Of a DNA stretch of 64,000 nt, positions 62,001 to 64,000 are shown piece by piece. The stretch's first letter is position 1, and each line of letters starts with the position of its first letter. Made by a program: the position numbers and the translations under genes. The stretch is from a virus. Lineage: Duplodnaviria; Caudoviricetes. Where the stretch lies: positions 128,001 to 192,000 of the IMG/VR virus record IMGVR_UViG_3300014204_000111. One strand, 5' to 3'. A model generated the notes under the pieces. The model was not told the DNA's origin and ran no database searches. It saw only the letters and a list, made by a program, of their open reading frames with translations.

Positions 62001-62684
62001 AAAGGAAGATTAACTCTGAGAGATGGAGGGGCTAGATTATTTGATTCTATTGGTCTTATTGATTTGCGTTACTATGATAGTAAAAATAATAAATGGATGA
62101 GTACTAATATAGTTGAAGAGTCAACAAGTCAAGGTTATTATAAACAAATTATAGCAGGTTATAAATCTCAATCATTAGACCCGTTTGGTATAGTAAGAAC
62201 TGCTCTTACCTTAGATGGTATGACATCTACTACAACTTTTGAAAAAAATTATAATCCATTTTTTGATTATGCTAATTCTACATTAACAATTGAAACTGGA
62301 GATAACGGAGAATTAGATTATTCTAATGTGACTATTAAATTAGCTGTCAAAGAAGGATTTAAAGAATTAGTAAAAAATGAATATATTATCGCTGATGAAA
62401 ATACTCCTCTTATCTACGCCGTCTCCTTAACTGATAATTATTTTGAAGTTAAAGATAAAGAGATAAGGACAGACAAAATTTATAATAAAAAACTTATTTG
62501 GTTTGCTTCTCCGCCAATTGTTCAACATACTGGAGGAACAGATGATGTTATTCATATGTCTCAATTCAAAATTGATGATTCTATTTTTGGCCCATCTGAC
62601 TTAACTGTTGCTCATGGAGCAGCATTACATGGACGCTATCCTCTGGATATACTAAGAGTTTTAAAAAGTTTATATCTAGAGTGA
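55992..62684 (+). CDS. 2230-aa putative virion protein
   Basis: GGAGG RBS, overlaps the upstream gene; EPKLG...WYYYNGSEW module. Confidence 0.7.
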   Translation: MLINNEFIPVIQKTSQTYRTIRTKNYGNFLGFETNTLIWDKNIDQGIRYFNYSQQPWWRGTYYNNLDGKFPFLPMGGNNFIDDLGIYTINEGTNFAQREMLYQKGDEDKGLDKSICLKWQKSLSSEKITQVQDIIPTDIPLVGGVLPYGTQNDLYKDTYIDISNNTSPIKPITYSKTSTSEAISYQDMYRIENSSLLPNNAFVDNKNINIEKRFSDEYGTPAILRLLPEYITPVVTDEPQHPAQFYSSLYGRLDGDTVIFLLHKNDIVYVGNNNTLGIELADAARTLKQGTQEVPSQGTAYAAEQGAWLTLGSGNSGGAKYHANDIVVITNDISGPLAGTFKSDTYSTPAIVRQTLATDRFSSPYNATVYLKGADYLYFNYDAIREQKYSNPIAQSKALSIGSVYYIQPVGLKNKNVSTGVYTDLNNDLYHIGLFPGMQLYSYATKDKVYPQTILDYKDATRYNIVTSCSDINADFNTSEYHYLNIILDSIEKNNAQLFSGSLLGCSTLDDTIQYIYTDKANTLDTILSLDLLGKSIFNTDTDLSSNNRAIIIGYGLGSACGHVITDFNNDAINFNDNIDKINYKKYILIIKWLIDDDGVYYLNSSSDMSSVAFSPSSLTFKTYDAIDFTGEVKDENSLATIKKDFVVLEASHPVYETDSNGVLYGGLQAIYIKELNSLPSEEIPYTIPDVKTANAIESGIRPGVILNVGQDIQCSESASADIINLGISPSVTCSTRRVHSPVELITAIVDYDDLGTLSELTWKDTNRPEYDDPYGAESMIPTVLAGYTHNYQSLAKGDSWRLYSENIFMDNYIENYLDSFPDDNYYDDIFAIDIYEWLVDNNKLIPSTQRAVSSIRDFIEKISDGEISFLIEGRNELPYMTLTDDILCYQVNGTYIWPASNVGYWSNGGFNTTTSVVNPWYFGTNDPSLINEEKGGIHVFDYEPVSSWRLVNLNDDISSGGLYQGYYNSTYMNSFTGQWYDSNHSLKNTVGSSFSPYVVEHTILSSRLHEVPSIADCPENLQFVVKYDNTEEYMSMCGLKALLREKMGIAVRGDIEVWEEAIINPGLLSYKTTAKVINNLSGGLYEFGQYMDNGGTSPKFWKYPLENSRTITAYAYMNRSANYSGEVENPGWENLLENSGVGDSWETVDITLVGVGTVEGLKVTNEIPCNISEIDKYKALYDTKTLPQILEVVNYYNKHDLSPNDVEITPSTVIGGWEDWIRSADGSFESGFYQTTYLEEHLESALEVARRCALLGVSYDFYLDELDVPEHIYITPMNPNNIWKVHGLNYDVANNITTGHSNFIYPYNYLYGYYKDDSSETNESSIMNLLRRKGIKIEDEYFTSGTQQIDCIVTPIPYTFSFTYNASAVANTVARKWWTGETEIYRAVYAKYALPEVYSPFLVLDIVRGDYTSLTEYGTDVDPDFYNNIGNDVILIVKPFDNSSSSEVLNSLSHLLAKTNIDPTKPYDYLFDKFYNKDGQRRYQTLKWNLTASVGYDGPSLKQNIYRGYSSNQCRTVGLTENVYTDNNKKIVDKESETEEATIYHQKPLIIENIDGVYTDRLFNQEIAATESYKFVSIEPKLGTIIYNLNRSGNIYSEGWYYYNGSEWILASYINEPKSLGFIVDVNYRYTLDGVPENGGIFLTKTLFKGTESGVFAPNKVTIIKPTTFAIPKLRSSNTDAILEQDDSDYKYAKLLIPPTEWKNNPSYNLGDGVVVAYKENGEFGVYSTVEQTSYNFTILNEMLKYFFGGTSTYFAENGEYTVYTGLHQPEWPLPRDMELIQKSSYELELIDDMVLLVFIGTACIEIMCGKGFDINNPKKIYHRYLTEGWKTPWGSNIAKKYYTDIILGEDSNNFIQGDENRNAVLSALAPVVIENSGFDVGNISNDILENLKFYYYAKPTNIENLYSFKTAYSFDDASGSKYKSGDSSSLYVSNLASLINDQDNKSPILYSVYLEFPVVDDFNYINFKLDFSHLMHLKNENQSIADFINNKFTGSEFNVSDKGRLTLRDGGARLFDSIGLIDLRYYDSKNNKWMSTNIVEESTSQGYYKQIIAGYKSQSLDPFGIVRTALTLDGMTSTTTFEKNYNPFFDYANSTLTIETGDNGELDYSNVTIKLAVKEGFKELVKNEYIIADENTPLIYAVSLTDNYFEVKDKEIRTDKIYNKKLIWFASPPIVQHTGGTDDVIHMSQFKIDDSIFGPSDLTVAHGAALHGRYPLDILRVLKSLYLE

Positions 62685-62713
62685 TAATAATGAACAAAAG
62701 AGGTGTTTAAACA

Positions 62714-64000
62714 ATGTGGAAAGAATATAATATAACCAATGCTAATTCAGAATTTACTGCGGAAGATTTTACTTTATTACAAAATCATTATCTTAAGCAA
62801 ATAATTCGTCATAATCATCCGGTTATTAAAGCAGATAATATAAAAATTAGTGAAATGAGCGAGGAGCAAAATCCAGTTGGATTAGTAACTCCTATAGATG
62901 ATTCTGTTTTAACTTGGCAAGACCATGTAAATTTAGCTCATACAAAAACTTTGACTGGAGGAAGATTGTTAGCAAGGGGTTATACTGTACCAATAAAGGC
63001 GAGATTTGTTATTACAACACCAATTATGGATTCTACTGCCAACTTACCATTTCCAACCTATAATATGTCCACCGAAACTATTAACAAAAGTATTGCTTCT
63101 TCGGATGTTATGGAACAAGTTCCTCCGAATAGACATGACCATTCAGCTTACACTAATTACAGACATTATTTATGGATATTACCTATGAACAGTGTATGCC
63201 AAATACATCCATCACATAAGACTCTTATATCAGGTGATATTGGTAGTCTTGTTTTTTCCCATATTCCTTTATATATACATCCATCTAATACAGATTTACT
63301 AAAGTCTATAATGGATTCGACTAATACACCTAATTATCGAGGATTAACATATATTCCTGATTATGCTGAAGAAAAAATTTGGTCTTTGACTGATGATTCG
63401 ACATGTTGGATGACGGGGTATAAGCCAATTGTAGCTAATAATAATAAAGATATTATGCTATTTTTTAATGATTATTATAACGAATTTAACCAAATTTTAT
63501 CTATTTTGAATTATGAAGAACAATTTAGAGAGTATATGTTTAGATTGGAAAAATCGGTAGGTAATGTAACACGACTAGAAAATACAGATATATCAGATAT
63601 TACAAAGTTGATGGAATCAAAAAGAATTGATGTTTTAGATGCTCCAGAGCACAGTGGAATTATTTTTGATAGTATTAAGAAAAAATATTCTCCTTTCTCT
63701 TTATTTGAATATAATTTTAAAACTGACAGAGTAAGTGATAGACTGAAAGATACACTAATAGAATCGTGTATGGAGAAACAAGCTAAAAATGTTACTTTCT
63801 ATACTAAGGGATTATCTAATTTCACTAGCGTAATAGAAGAAAGTGAATTTTTACACGATTTATATATTCCCTCATATTTTGAAGATGGATATAGACAATG
63901 TTTAATTTTAACAGGAGAATTAGGAGTTTCGTCTCGTTCTTTTAAAAAATTACACAAAGGAAGAGTTATGTTAGCTTATCAAATTATTGATGGCTTTATT
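62714..64000 (+). CDS. large protein truncated by the window end; N-terminus resembles the 4550-aa protein
   Basis: GAGGTG RBS, ATG 62714, no stop seen on manual reading; LQ..HNH...I-A..I...DHV pattern. Confidence 0.7.
   Translation, partial: MWKEYNITNANSEFTAEDFTLLQNHYLKQIIRHNHPVIKADNIKISEMSEEQNPVGLVTPIDDSVLTWQDHVNLAHTKTLTGGRLLARGYTVPIKARFVITTPIMDSTANLPFPTYNMSTETINKSIASSDVMEQVPPNRHDHSAYTNYRHYLWILPMNSVCQIHPSHKTLISGDIGSLVFSHIPLYIHPSNTDLLKSIMDSTNTPNYRGLTYIPDYAEEKIWSLTDDSTCWMTGYKPIVANNNKDIMLFFNDYYNEFNQILSILNYEEQFREYMFRLEKSVGNVTRLENTDISDITKLMESKRIDVLDAPEHSGIIFDSIKKKYSPFSLFEYNFKTDRVSDRLKDTLIESCMEKQAKNVTFYTKGLSNFTSVIEESEFLHDLYIPSYFEDGYRQCLILTGELGVSSRSFKKLHKGRVMLAYQIIDGFI

Noticed and set aside
2150-63188. 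Short alternative-frame or opposite-strand ORFs inside long genes (e.g. 2150-2428, 3109-3363, 23582-23791, 27391-27603, 35153-35434, 43608-43889, 63006-63188)
   Set aside because: Fully overlap better-supported genes and lack RBS or motifs; shadow ORFs
1-64000. Stop-codon reassignment
   Set aside because: Coding density is high under the standard code, and TAG/TGA end genes at sensible boundaries

Overview
AT-rich fragment of a large tailed dsDNA bacteriophage (standard genetic code, no tRNA or CRISPR seen). Bases 1-4.6 kb hold small early/middle-type genes: a degenerate LAGLIDADG protein, a dNMP kinase, two BRCT proteins and an ABC-ATPase-like fragment. Bases 4.7-15.6 kb hold an accessory virion/fibre cassette, patatin, PhoH and RuvC. 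Bases 15.6-42.3 kb are the head module: inverted terS/terL, a Q-rich portal, putative internal head proteins, an HK97-type protease-scaffold, the major capsid protein, LAGLIDADG and HNH endonucleases, an inverted IMPDH/GMPR cassette and neck genes. Bases 42.3-64 kb encode giant putative virion proteins (4550 aa, 2230 aa and a third running off the end). The main candidate for a new system is a ~1960-aa polyprotein. It carries five minimal kinase-fold modules, two GNAT acetyltransferase modules and an M15 peptidase, each bounded by a hydrophobic-x-[K/H]-[G/S/A] motif (FGHG, MGHG, LNKA, FNKS). The same motif recurs in the capsid, protease, portal and neighbouring head proteins, suggesting enzyme cargo packaged in the capsid and released by the prohead protease. 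Other signals: a GGG-TAnnnT-N5/6-ATG leaderless promoter set, an A10 slip site, a 67-aa protein copying a capsid N-terminal segment, a probable ATT start codon and apparent GATC/GGWCC avoidance. All family calls are by eye from motifs; no searches were run.
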